Source of the DNA: an uncultured Verrucomicrobiae bacterium
GTDB lineage: Bacteria > Verrucomicrobiota > Verrucomicrobiia > Palsa-1439
Length of the DNA stretch: 64,000 nucleotides
Direction: 5' to 3'
NCBI GenBank assembly: GCA_963812605.1
Contig: CAWEWF010000006.1
Location: 256,001-320,000 of the forward strand
Of this stretch, positions 8,596-18,888 are shown one piece after another (the stretch's first letter is position 1; each line of letters begins with the position of its first letter). The notes under the pieces are model-generated. The model was not told where the DNA came from. It was given only the letters and a program-made list of their open reading frames with translations, and did not search any database. A program made the position numbers and the translations under genes.

Positions 8596-9936
8596 ATGAG
8601 TGACATCGCCATTAAAATTGAAAGATTGGGGAAGAGGTATCGATACGGCGCGACACAGAGTGTGAGCTACAACCTCCGGCAGGACATCACCGACTGGATA
8701 AAGGGTCTCGTCAGACCGCAAAAGACAGAAATGGGTCGCCAATCGTCAGTCCCCGGTGGTCATCCATCGTTCAAGGAGATTCACGAACGGCATCTCGATG
8801 CCGATCCCAACTACTTCTGGGCGTTGCGCGAGGTGAACCTTGAAATCAAACGGGGCGAAGTCGTCGGCATCATCGGCTGCAATGGCTCCGGCAAGAGCAC
8901 GCTGCTGAAAATTCTCTCGCGCATCACCCCGCCCACGACCGGCACGATTACCTACCACGGCCGCGTGGCCAGCCTCCTCGAAGTGGGCACCGGCTTCCAC
9001 CGCGAACTGACCGGCCGCGAGAACATCTTCCTCAATGGCTCGATCCTGGGCATGAAGCGGGCCGAGATCGCCAGGAGATTCGACGAGATCGTCGCCTTCG
9101 CCGAAGTTGAGAAGTTCATCGATACGCCCGTGAAATTCTATTCCAGCGGCATGTATGTGCGCCTGGCATTCGCCGTGGCCGCGCACCTGGAGCCGGAGAT
9201 CCTGGTGATCGATGAAGTACTGGCTGTGGGCGATGCCGAGTTTCAGAACAAATGTATGGGGAAAATGGGTGAAGTCGCGAGCGCGGGCCGCACCGTGCTG
9301 TTTGTCAGTCACAACATGGGCGCGATCATCCAGCTTTGTTCGAAGGCCGTCCTGTTGCGGGGCGGCCAGGTAACGGCTGAGGCTGGGGTGAAAGAAGTGG
9401 TTGAGCGTTACCTCGCGGGCTCATCGCCACGCGGTGCAGACTCAATTCTTGCCACAACCAGCGAGCGCGCCGGGGACGGACGCTTGCGATTCACCGACGT
9501 TTACCTGAACAATGCAAGCGGCCAACGCGTTCACACGCCGATCTCGGGTGAACCCACCGATATCGTCCTTGAATTTCAAACCGATCAGGAACTATCCCGC
9601 GTCCGATTCATGCTGACCATTTACAACCACTTGGAGTTGGCGGTCACGCATTGCACCGTGGATGCGCAAGGCCAAAAATTTCACCTTGCCCCAGGGAATG
9701 GTCAGGTTGTCTGTCAGATCCCGAAACTGCCGTTACCGCGCGACCGTTATCGGGTGGCGGTTGCCGCTTATGACGATCTTGGCCGATTGGACCGGATTGC
9801 GGAGGCGTGTTTTTTCCAGGTGGAATCCGGCACCTTCTTTTCCACGCCCTACATGCCACTGGCCGAAAATTCCATGGCCCTGGTTGAGCATTCCTGGGCG
9901 CTGACGCCGAACCGTCCTAAAGCGACGCATTTGTGA
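8596..9936 (+). CDS. wzt: polysaccharide ABC transporter ATP-binding protein with Wzt C-terminal domain
   Basis: GCNGSGKST, YSSGMYVRLAF, DEVLAVGD. Confidence 0.92.
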   Translation: MSDIAIKIERLGKRYRYGATQSVSYNLRQDITDWIKGLVRPQKTEMGRQSSVPGGHPSFKEIHERHLDADPNYFWALREVNLEIKRGEVVGIIGCNGSGKSTLLKILSRITPPTTGTITYHGRVASLLEVGTGFHRELTGRENIFLNGSILGMKRAEIARRFDEIVAFAEVEKFIDTPVKFYSSGMYVRLAFAVAAHLEPEILVIDEVLAVGDAEFQNKCMGKMGEVASAGRTVLFVSHNMGAIIQLCSKAVLLRGGQVTAEAGVKEVVERYLAGSSPRGADSILATTSERAGDGRLRFTDVYLNNASGQRVHTPISGEPTDIVLEFQTDQELSRVRFMLTIYNHLELAVTHCTVDAQGQKFHLAPGNGQVVCQIPKLPLPRDRYRVAVAAYDDLGRLDRIAEACFFQVESGTFFSTPYMPLAENSMALVEHSWALTPNRPKATHL

Positions 9937-10000
9937 GCAACCGGCCCGGTTTGCAGACACCTCTGGAAGCTTCCCCATCGATCACCTCGGAGAACCAAGA

Positions 10001-10948
10001 ATGAAAATCCTGATCACCGGCGGCGCCGGCTTCATTGCTTCGAATGTGGCGGACGAATATATCCGACAAGGCCACGAGGTCGCCGTGCTCGACAACCTGA
10101 GCACCGGCTTTCGCCACAACATCAACCCCGGGGGGCGCTTCTACGAGGCGGACATCCGCGACGCCACCAGCGTGGACCGTGTCTTCGATGAGTTCAAACC
10201 CGAAGTTGTCAACCATCACGCCGCGCAGATGGACGTTCGCAAGTCCACGCGGGACCCGGTCTTCGACGCGCAATGCAACATTCTTGGCAGCCTCAACTTG
10301 ATTCTCGCCGCCGTGCGAACGGGCGTGAAGCGTTTCCTTTACGTCTCGACCGGCGGCGCCGTTTACGGCAACGCGCCGGTGAAGGACTTGCCGGTCGATG
10401 AAAATTACCCGGTCAATCCCGTCAGCCAGTACGGCATCAGCAAACACACCGTGGAGCACTATCTCTTCCTCTATAACCGCCTTCATGACCTTTCCTACGT
10501 GGTGCTACGATATCCAAATGTCTTCGGCCCGCGCCAGACGCCGCATGGCGAGGCCGGCGTCGTCGCGATTTTCAGCGGTTTGTTGCTGGACGGCAAACCG
10601 TGCACGATTTTCGGCGACGGCAGCAAAACCCGCGATTACGTTTTCATCGGCGACATCGTGCGCGCCAACATGCTCGCGCTCCAAACGGACTTCTGTGGCA
10701 TCGTCAACATCGGCAGCGGCATCGGCACCAGCGACCGGCAGGTTTATGACGCCGTCGCCGCCGCCGCCGGCACGAAGTTGCAACCTTCCTATACCGCGGT
10801 GCGCCCCGGCGAGGTGATGCACATCTACCTTAACGCGGCGCGAGCAGCCAAAATCCTTGGCTGGAAGCCAGGCGTCCCCTTCTCCGAAGGCGTTCGCCGC
10901 ACGGTGGAATACATCCGCACGGTGGAGCGCCCGACGTCCCGCGGATGA
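10001..10948 (+). CDS. NAD-dependent epimerase/dehydratase (UDP-glucose 4-epimerase-like)
   Basis: TGGAGFIAS, YGISK, NVFGPRQ. Confidence 0.9.
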   Translation: MKILITGGAGFIASNVADEYIRQGHEVAVLDNLSTGFRHNINPGGRFYEADIRDATSVDRVFDEFKPEVVNHHAAQMDVRKSTRDPVFDAQCNILGSLNLILAAVRTGVKRFLYVSTGGAVYGNAPVKDLPVDENYPVNPVSQYGISKHTVEHYLFLYNRLHDLSYVVLRYPNVFGPRQTPHGEAGVVAIFSGLLLDGKPCTIFGDGSKTRDYVFIGDIVRANMLALQTDFCGIVNIGSGIGTSDRQVYDAVAAAAGTKLQPSYTAVRPGEVMHIYLNAARAAKILGWKPGVPFSEGVRRTVEYIRTVERPTSRG

Positions 10949-11011
10949 GATTAAATTTGAAAATCACCGGGGTTCCCATCCATTATCACGCCAGAAAGTG
11001 AACTCGACCGA

Positions 11012-12109
11012 ATGACGCGTGTCCCCTATCTCGACCTGAAAGCCCAGTATGCGGCCATCCGCGACGAAGTGCAGGCGGCGCTGGCGGAGGTTTGCGAGTC
11101 GGCGCATTTCGCCCAGGGGCCGGCGACATTGGCGTTTGAAAAGGAGTTTGCCGCCTACTGCGACGCGCGCCACTGCGTCACCCTCAATAGCGGCACCAGC
11201 GCGTTACACCTCGCGCTGCGTTGCCTCGACATCGGCCCCGGCGACGAAGTCATCACCACGCCGTTCACGTTCATTGCCACCGCCTGGGCCATCAACTATG
11301 TCGGGGCCACGCCGGTATTTGTCGATATCGATCCCGCGCGTCGAGCGCTCGACCCGGCCAAAATCGAGACGGCGATCACGCCCCGCACGAAGGCCATCAT
11401 TCCCGTGCATGTCTTCGGTCTGCCGGCCGACATGGAGGTCATCAATGCGGTTGCCAACAAGCACAAATTGCCCGTCGTGGAAGATGCGGCGCAAGCGCAT
11501 GGCGCGCGCTACCGGGGAGACCGCATTGGCCGCCGGGGTACTTCCTGCTTCAGTTTCTACCCGACGAAAAACCTCGGCGCCTACGGCGAAGGCGGTGCCA
11601 TCGTGACGAACGACGAAAAAATTGCGGCGCGCGCGCGATCGTTGCGCGAGCACGGGCAGAGCGCCCGCTACGTGCATGAAGAAGTCGGCTACAACTATCG
11701 CATGGACAGTCTTCAGGCCGCGGTGTTGCAGGTGAAATTGAAATACCTGGACCGTTGGAACGCCGCGCGCGCGGCTCACGCGAAACGCTACAGCGAGCTG
11801 CTCGCGGGCTCATCCTACACGCTGCCGGCAACGCCGGCGGATTCCCAGTCGGTCTGGCATTGTTATGTCATCGAATCGGACCAGCGTGACAAAGTCCGCG
11901 GTGCGCTGGAGGCTGCGGGCATTGGCACGACGATCAATTACCCGTTGCCGTTGCATTTGCAACCTGTTTACAAATCGCTCGGGTATCAACGCGGGGACCT
12001 GCCCGTCGCCGAGCGCCTCTGCGAACGCTGCATCTCCCTGCCGATGTATCCCGAATTGACCGACGAGCAAATCGACACCGTCGTGGGTGCCCTTCGTGCA
12101 GCCGCCTAA
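11012..12109 (+). CDS. DegT/DnrJ/EryC1/StrS aminotransferase
   Basis: SGTSALHLAL, EDAAQAHGA, SFYPTKNLGAYGEGG. Confidence 0.93.
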   Translation: MTRVPYLDLKAQYAAIRDEVQAALAEVCESAHFAQGPATLAFEKEFAAYCDARHCVTLNSGTSALHLALRCLDIGPGDEVITTPFTFIATAWAINYVGATPVFVDIDPARRALDPAKIETAITPRTKAIIPVHVFGLPADMEVINAVANKHKLPVVEDAAQAHGARYRGDRIGRRGTSCFSFYPTKNLGAYGEGGAIVTNDEKIAARARSLREHGQSARYVHEEVGYNYRMDSLQAAVLQVKLKYLDRWNAARAAHAKRYSELLAGSSYTLPATPADSQSVWHCYVIESDQRDKVRGALEAAGIGTTINYPLPLHLQPVYKSLGYQRGDLPVAERLCERCISLPMYPELTDEQIDTVVGALRAAA

Positions 12110-12196
12110 AAACCGTCAGGCAGGTCGGGCGCGGGGCAGGGAACTTCGTCTTTTTTTGTGTTTGACATATTCCTATATCAGCATATATTTTGCGGC

Positions 12197-12550
12197 ATGG
12201 CGCGATTGGCGACTACTGCGGATGCGTTCAATGCGGTTGCGGAACCGCAGCGGCGACGAATCCTTAATTTGCTGGCGCGCGGCGAGCGACCGGTGAACTT
12301 TATTGCCGGGTCGTTAAGCTACAAGCAGCCACAGGTCTCCAAGCACTTGCGCGTGTTGCGACAGGTGGGGCTGGTCAGCGTGCGCGGCGCGGGACAGCAG
12401 CGGTTGTACAAACTCAATGGCAAGGGCCTCAAGCCCATCCACGATTGGACCAAGACCTTCGAGAGTTTCTGGAACGAAAGCTTTGATCGATTGGACGATT
12501 ACCTCAAGAAATCGCAAACAATGGAGAAATCATATGAGCACAAAAAATGA
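12197..12550 (+). CDS. ArsR/SmtB family regulator
   Basis: DAFNAVAEPQRRRIL, QPQVSKHLRVLR. Confidence 0.88.
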   Translation: MARLATTADAFNAVAEPQRRRILNLLARGERPVNFIAGSLSYKQPQVSKHLRVLRQVGLVSVRGAGQQRLYKLNGKGLKPIHDWTKTFESFWNESFDRLDDYLKKSQTMEKSYEHKK

Positions 12551-13055
12551 TCCTGCGGCGGAAACATCGACACGAGAGTTTGTCATCACGCGCGTGTTCG
12601 ATGCGCCGCGCGAACTGGTCTGGAAGGCGTGGACGGAGCGCGAGCGGTTGATGCAATGGTTCGGGCCGAAAGGGTCCACCATACGGGTCGCCAAGATGGA
12701 TTTTCGCTCGGGGGGAAGTTTTCATTATTGTATGCAATCTCCTGACGGCAAAGAGATGTGGGGCAAATTTGTTTATCGCGAGATCGTCGCGCCGGAGCGA
12801 ATCGTCCTGATCAATTCTTTTTCGGATGAAGCGGGCGGTTTGACGCGACACCCCATGAGCCCGACCTGGCCGCTGGAAATGCTCGCCACGACCACCTTCG
12901 CCGAGCAAGGAAGCAAGACGGCGCTCACGGTGAAGTGGAAGCCCCTGAACGCAACGGAAGAGGAACGCAAGACCTTCGATGGGGCGCACGGTGGCATGCA
13001 ACAGGGCTGGACGGGTACATTCGAACAACTCACCGCTTACCTGGCGAAAGCCTGA
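12534..13055 (+). CDS. SRPBCC/AHSA1 domain protein
   Basis: ITRVFDAPRELVWKAWT, QWFGP, GWTGTFEQL. Confidence 0.88.
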   Translation: MSTKNDPAAETSTREFVITRVFDAPRELVWKAWTERERLMQWFGPKGSTIRVAKMDFRSGGSFHYCMQSPDGKEMWGKFVYREIVAPERIVLINSFSDEAGGLTRHPMSPTWPLEMLATTTFAEQGSKTALTVKWKPLNATEEERKTFDGAHGGMQQGWTGTFEQLTAYLAKA

Positions 13056-13066
13056 AAGGAAATCGC

Positions 13067-13555
13067 ATGCAAAAAATCACCCCGTTCTTGTGGTTCGACA
13101 CCCAGGCCGAAGAGGCGGCCAGTTTTTATGTGTCGATTTTCAAGAACTCCAGTATTGAAGGCGTCACCCACTACGGGGAAGCAGGAGCGGAGGTTTCCGG
13201 AGTGCCCAAGGGAACAGTGATGACGGTTGCCTTTGAACTGGACGGGCAAAAATTCGTCGCACTTAACGGTGGCCCGGTATTCCAGTTTACCGAGGCCGTG
13301 TCTTTTGTTGTGAACTGCGAGACGCAACAAGAAATCGATGAGTTCTGGGAGAAGCTTTCCGCGGGCGGAGAGAAGGGCAGGTGCGGCTGGCTGAAAGACA
13401 AGTTTGGCGTTTCCTGGCAAGTTGTTCCCGCTGATCTGGGTGAAATGCTACTGGACAAAGACCCCGGGAAATCGGAGAACATGATGAAGGCCATCCTGCA
13501 AATGGACAAGATTGACCTACAAACCTTGCGGAATGCCTACTCGGCGAAACCCTAA
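13067..13555 (+). CDS. VOC family protein (3-demethylubiquinone-9 3-methyltransferase-like)
   Basis: MQKITPFLWFD, ALNGGP, CGWLKDKFGVSWQ. Confidence 0.9.
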   Translation: MQKITPFLWFDTQAEEAASFYVSIFKNSSIEGVTHYGEAGAEVSGVPKGTVMTVAFELDGQKFVALNGGPVFQFTEAVSFVVNCETQQEIDEFWEKLSAGGEKGRCGWLKDKFGVSWQVVPADLGEMLLDKDPGKSENMMKAILQMDKIDLQTLRNAYSAKP

Positions 13556-13573
13556 AACTCGATTGGAGAAATC

Positions 13574-13963
13574 ATGGCTACCTCCCCTGCTCCCGTTTCC
13601 AAGAAGGCGCTTTGGGCCGGCTACATCATGAGCGCACTGCCCGTACTGCTGATGCTGTTCGGCGCCAGCCTAACGCTGCTGAAGCCGTCAGCGGTCAAGG
13701 AAGGATTCACGCAGTTCGGATTCTCGGAAAGTTTGCTTCCCAAGATTGCGATCCTCGAGTTGATCTGCGCGGTCCTCTATGTGATTCCGCGCACGTCCGC
13801 TCTCGGGGCGATTTTGTTGACCGGCTATCTCGGCGGCGCAACGGTTACTCATTTGCGAGTTGGTCAACCATTTATCCTGCCGGTGGTTGTTGGCGTGCTG
13901 GTCTGGGGCGGGCTTTTCCTGCGCGATCCACGTGTGCGCGAACTCATTCCGTTGCGACGGTAG
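13574..13963 (+). CDS. DoxX-like membrane protein
   Basis: PRTSALGAILLTGYLGGA..H; 4 TM segments. Confidence 0.82.
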   Translation: MATSPAPVSKKALWAGYIMSALPVLLMLFGASLTLLKPSAVKEGFTQFGFSESLLPKIAILELICAVLYVIPRTSALGAILLTGYLGGATVTHLRVGQPFILPVVVGVLVWGGLFLRDPRVRELIPLRR

Positions 13964-13967
13964 CGTC

Positions 13968-14506
13968 ATGCTTACAACCATCGTCATTGGCCTCGCCGTA
14001 ATCGTTGCCGTGTTTATCATCGTCGTCGCCACACGGCCCGCCGATTTTCGCGTCAAGCGATCAGCCACTATCTCCGCTCCCGCCGGGGTTGTGTTTGTGC
14101 TGGTGAACGACCTGCACAAATGGGAGGCATGGAACCCCTGGGGCAAACTCGATCCCGCTATGAAAATGACCTACGAGGGTCCGCCTGCGGAACCGGCGCC
14201 GGTTACACCTGGGTCGGCAACAACCAGGTTGGCGAAGGGCGGATGACCATCGCCGAGAGCCGTCCGAACGAACTCATCCGGTTCAAGCTGGAGTTCCTGA
14301 AACCTTTCAAGGCTACCAACACCGCCGAGTTCACCTTCAAACCGGAGGGCAATCAAACGGTCGTGTCATGGAGCATGTCCGGTAAAAAGAATTTCATATT
14401 CAAAGCGATCAGCCTGTTTATGGATTACGACAAAATGATCGGTGGCCAGTTCGAAAAGGGCCTCGCGGATATGAAGTCGGTGGCGGAAGCGGCGAGCGGG
14501 AAATAG
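13968..14506 (+). CDS. SRPBCC (polyketide cyclase) family protein (frameshift ~14190)
   Basis: WEAWNPWGKLDP then GTGAGYTWVGN...FEKGLADMKS in the next frame. Confidence 0.8.
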
Positions 14507-14542
14507 TTTTTACAAAACGTGCGATGGTGCGGGACTGATCTT

Positions 14543-16223
14543 TCAATGTTTCTGAGTTAACGCTGCGCCCTGCGTTTTTTGCGCGTTGATGCTGTTGCTC
14601 TGCACTGTCGCCAGGGCAGTCAATTGTTGCGGGGTTAGAAAACTGGCGGCCTGATCCAAAATGCGTTGGTTACTCTCCGTCACCTGTTGAAAATGTTTGT
14701 CAATATCTTCCTGCGAACCGAAGAAGGCCATGTCCAACTCACCGGCGATGCCGTGCGTGGACGTGTATGGTTCGGCCTTTACAACCTGGAGCAGACGCGC
14801 GCCTTGATCATCGCTCAGCGGGTTGTCTCCCAATTGAGTATTCAGCAACGTGACCGTGGTCTGAGCGGGTATTTCCTGGTTAAACTCACTGTATCGCGCG
14901 TACCCCGCCGGGCCCAACAGTGATTGCAACTGATCTGCAATTTCTTTATGGGCCACCGCCATGGCCTGACGCGTGCCTACCGGATTCCGCATTTTCTTGC
15001 GTAAGCGATGAAGCCAAGTCGGAGCCTTTCAGCCACTCATCGCCGATCAATTGGGTAAATTTTTCGGCATCCTCGGGCGTGAGATTCAATTCCTTGAACA
15101 ACGGGCCATATCGTTGCTTGATCATTCCCAACTGCACCTGGTGAATATATTCTTTCATTTTTGGGTCACTCATCATTTGGGTCAGGCCAGTAGAAGACGG
15201 ATTGGTCCCGCTCGCGCTCGACGCTGATTGTTGCTGAAGCATTCCCGCTTCACCCCGCGATCCTGAAAGCACAGCTGACTTCTGACCGGACTTCCATTGT
15301 TCGTTCTCCCCCTGTACGGCGGCCAATTGGTTTTTTGCGTTGTCACGCTCCTGCTGCAATTGCCGTATTTGCTCGTTCAACGGTGCTTGCCGTCGTTGCA
15401 AGGCTTGAATCTGGTCCTGGAAGGTTTGGACCTGGTCGCGCAAGGATGAAGCCTGACGGGCTTCGTAAACTCCCGCGCTGGCGGTCACGGCGATGGTGGC
15501 GATGATCAGGGTTTTTTGGAGTGTGGTCATGGCGATGGCCTTGGTGATGGTTGCGGTTGTGGTGGCGGCGATGGTTGTTCCGGCCAGAGCGGCGGCGGAT
15601 GAAATCGCAGCGGCCAGCCCGGCAGGCGCGGCCTGGACGGCATTGGCGGAGATCACGACAACGAGCCCGCCGGCACCGATCGCGACGCCGTGTTTGGCAA
15701 AGAATTCACGGAGACGTTCGATGGCGCGGCTCACGCGCTTTTGCGCGGCGTCGTCACTCGTCCCGAGAGTTTCACCGACCTCGCGCAGGGATTTGTTCTC
15801 GAAGTAGCGGAGCAATACGGCGACGCGGTCGGTCTCGTCGAGCGCGTGCATCGCTTCGTCGAGGAGGGGTTCGACATGGGTCCAATCGGCGGCGGTGGCA
15901 TTCATGGCGGTAAGTTCAGAGGCGACTTGTTCGCGGAGTTGACGGCGGGATTCGTGGCGGATGACATCGATGGCCGTGCGACGGGTGACCTGGTAGAGCC
16001 ACGCCGTGAGGATGGTATCCGAAGCGAGGCGCTGGGCCTGACGGGCGAGGTCGGTGAAGACCGACTGGGACACGTCTTCGGCCAGTTGCGGCGAGCGCAC
16101 CAGGCGCAAGGCCAGCGAATACACCAAATTCACATGGCGGCTGACCAGCGCGGCAAACGCTTCTTGCGAATGCCGCTCGGCATACTGGCGCAACAAATCT
16201 CGGTCATCGATTTCCATTTTCAT
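14543..16223 (-). CDS. ECF sigma-70 factor with long C-terminal TM/coiled-coil extension (frameshift ~14985)
   Basis: AFAALVSRH, AEDVSQSVF, AAQKRVSRA; ORF 14543-14992 appears to continue the C-terminus. Confidence 0.8.
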
Positions 16224-16345
16224 AGAGTATATCGCCGCTGCTGGGTGGAATCCGACAGGATTTCTGCGGGCACCGGCCTACCTACGGCAGAAGCGGCTCG
16301 TTTTTCCTGTCACCTTTTCGTAGGGTGGGCGTCGTATCCGGTGAC

Positions 16346-18001
16346 ATGAGAACCATTGCAGCAACCCAACCACTGGATGATGTGCGGCTGGTCGAACTCT
16401 CGCGGGAGGGTAACCGCGAGGCGTTTGGGCGCATCGTGGAACGGTATCAGTCGCTTATCTGCGCATTGACCTATAGCGCCTGCGGTAATTTCCAAGCCAG
16501 TGAAGACCTGGCGCAGGTGACTTTCATCACCGCGTGGTGCCAACTGCGCCAGCTCCGCGAGCCAGCCAAGCTCAAATCGTGGCTGTGCAGCATCGCGCGC
16601 AATACCACGATCAATTCTTTCCGCCAACAGCGGCGCACGCCTACGGCGAATGCCGAAGCGCTGGATTCAAGCCCGGAGGTTTCGGCGGATGCACCCTCCC
16701 CCAGCGACAACGTCATCAGCAAGGAAGAAGAAGCGATCCTGTGGCGTTCGCTGGGTGAATTGCCGCCGACGTACCGCGAGCCGCTGGTATTATTTTACCG
16801 GCAGCATCAATCCGTCGCCGAGGTCGCCGACGCGCTGGAGTTGAGCGAGGACGCGGTGAAGCAACGGCTCGCGCGCGGGCGAACGATGTTGACGGAAAAG
16901 GTCACGGCGTTCGTGGAAGGCGCGTTGCGGCAAACGACACCCGGCCGAGCGTTCACACTCGGTGTGTTGGCAGCCCTACCGGTGATGGCGACTTCGACCA
17001 AGGCAGCGGTCGTGGGAGCGACAGCGGTCGGAGGGGCAGCGAAAGCCGCCGCATCCATTGGTATTGCGGGCGCAATTCTCGGGCCGATCATCGGGATTCT
17101 CGGAGGCTGGTTCGGCGCGAAGATGAGCATCGAGAACACGCAATCGGCGCGCGAGCGGCAGTTCGTGATCAAGGTGGTATGGAACACCCTGGCGCTGGTG
17201 GTGGTGTTCTGCCTTGTCCTATTCGCGGACATATTACTGGTTCACTTTTGGTGGAAGACCCGTCCAATGTGGGTCGTCGTTGCGTTTATTGGGACGCTCC
17301 TGGGTTATTGCGTCGCACTCATGGTGCTCATCTTTTGGGGCAATCGCAACCAGCAACGCATTCGGCGGGAGGAAGCGGCGAAGCTGCCGCCCGGGACACT
17401 GCCGCCTGGCTTGCGGTGGTCCTGGCCGTGGAGCGTGTCCTACCAGCCGCTGGAGTATCGGAGCCGTTGGACGTTGCTGGGACTTCCGCTCATTCATGTC
17501 CGATTGTTTTGCCGGCAAAACGGCAAGATTCTACCCGCCAAAGGCTGGATCGCCGTGGGCGACATCGCGTACGGCGCGCTGTTCGCCATTGGCTGCATGT
17601 GGGCGGTGGCTCCCATCAGCTTTGGCGGCGGGTTCGCCCTGGGAGGATTGGCGCTGGGCGGCGGGTTCGCCGTGGCTCTGCTGTCGTTCGGTGGAGGAAT
17701 CAGTCTAGGTGTGTGGGCATTGGGCGGAGGATTGGCGATGGGTCTATTGGCCTACGGCGGTTGCGCGGTCGGTTGGACAGCGGCGTTGGGCGGGGCGGCG
17801 TTTGCCCGGGAATTTGCGCGCGGCGGTTTGGCGCTGGCCAAGCATGCCAATGATGCGACGGCTCGTGCATTCATCCAGAACAATACTTTCCTTCAAGTGG
17901 CACCGGTGGTGACGCGCTACATTCAACGGGGGAGTTTGATTTTTTTCCTGTTGTGTGGACTGGCGCTCTGGAGGGTCCTGCGAGCGCGGCGGCGTGTGTG
18001 A
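16346..18001 (+). CDS. ECF sigma-70 factor fused to multi-TM C-terminal domain
   Basis: SEDLAQVTFITAW, YREPLVLFY, AVKQRLARGR followed by hydrophobic Gly-rich segments. Confidence 0.85.
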   Translation: MRTIAATQPLDDVRLVELSREGNREAFGRIVERYQSLICALTYSACGNFQASEDLAQVTFITAWCQLRQLREPAKLKSWLCSIARNTTINSFRQQRRTPTANAEALDSSPEVSADAPSPSDNVISKEEEAILWRSLGELPPTYREPLVLFYRQHQSVAEVADALELSEDAVKQRLARGRTMLTEKVTAFVEGALRQTTPGRAFTLGVLAALPVMATSTKAAVVGATAVGGAAKAAASIGIAGAILGPIIGILGGWFGAKMSIENTQSARERQFVIKVVWNTLALVVVFCLVLFADILLVHFWWKTRPMWVVVAFIGTLLGYCVALMVLIFWGNRNQQRIRREEAAKLPPGTLPPGLRWSWPWSVSYQPLEYRSRWTLLGLPLIHVRLFCRQNGKILPAKGWIAVGDIAYGALFAIGCMWAVAPISFGGGFALGGLALGGGFAVALLSFGGGISLGVWALGGGLAMGLLAYGGCAVGWTAALGGAAFAREFARGGLALAKHANDATARAFIQNNTFLQVAPVVTRYIQRGSLIFFLLCGLALWRVLRARRRV

Positions 18002-18078
18002 AGGGAGTCGGACTGGAGAATGTATGGTCCGTTGCGACGAGGGCGTGAATGTCACAAGTAGTGGATTCGACGGACGGC

Positions 18079-18824
18079 GGCACGCGGGCCCCGTGCCCTA
18101 CAATTCGGAGAGGAGTGCGCGGTCGGGCCCCGAAAGCCTTCGGGGTAAAAGTCTGGTGCACAACACAGAGGCGGGGAGAATCGCGGCGGAATGTCGCTCC
18201 CACCGAAGCCGGGAGATCGGCGATCAGCGGGGCCGCAAACGACAAAGCTGCGACGAGTCGCAGCACTCCAAAGAGCGGGCGGGACGAGCGCCCCACTATG
18301 CGGAGCGGGTTGATTAAAGCTCTGTACATCGGATTCCGATAATGGTATGATCGGAGGGATGAGCGTTTGCGACGAAAAGATATGAACGCGATGGCAGCGG
18401 GTTGCGGGCGGTAGCCTACTTCGCGAGGACGCTGCGAAGGCCAAGCTTGGCCCCCCTATACGTTTCTGCGAAACGAACCCACCGTTTTTGGGAGGAATTT
18501 TTGATGCAACATATTATTTGGCAAATTGTTATGGAAAAAATTGATGTGAAATTTCGGTGGGTTCGTTTTGGAAAACGAACCCACCGGGAGGTTTTGAAGA
18601 TGCTGAAGAGGATGGTTTCCATGCGAATCCGGCGGTCAACGCGGCCGGATGCGGCTCATAGAGCCGCGGCTACACGGTTGATTTCCAGGCAAAGCGGCGG
18701 TCGATACAACCACAGGCAGGGACGCCTGTGCCACCGGGGCAGCGGGTTTCTCAGCGACAGAGCGGCCGCTACAAAAAAAGAGTGCTGGGCGAATCTACGG
18801 TGCGCCCGGCGGTCGCGCCCTACC
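18079..18824 (-). repeat. cluster of heterogeneous REP-like palindromes
   Basis: Hairpins ending CTAC/CCAC/CTCC at 18079-18102, 18181-18204, 18244-18273, 18651-18674, 18711-18735, 18802-18824; some recur elsewhere in the window. Confidence 0.75.
18462..18586 (+). repeat. AAACGAACCC inverted-repeat element, copy 1
   Basis: AAACGAACCCACCG (18471-18484) / CGGTGGGTTCGTTT (18555-18568) plus a third arm ending 18586. Confidence 0.8.
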
Positions 18825-18888
18825 CTTCAAGTGGACAAGCGGGGGTTTTGATTGAAATACTTCCCTTTATGCGGTAGAAAGGGAGTGA

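Noticed and set aside
8710-8775. Repeat-derived insert in the Wzt N-terminal variable loop
   Set aside because: No clear periodicity or match to other repeats in the window; this loop is variable in the family.
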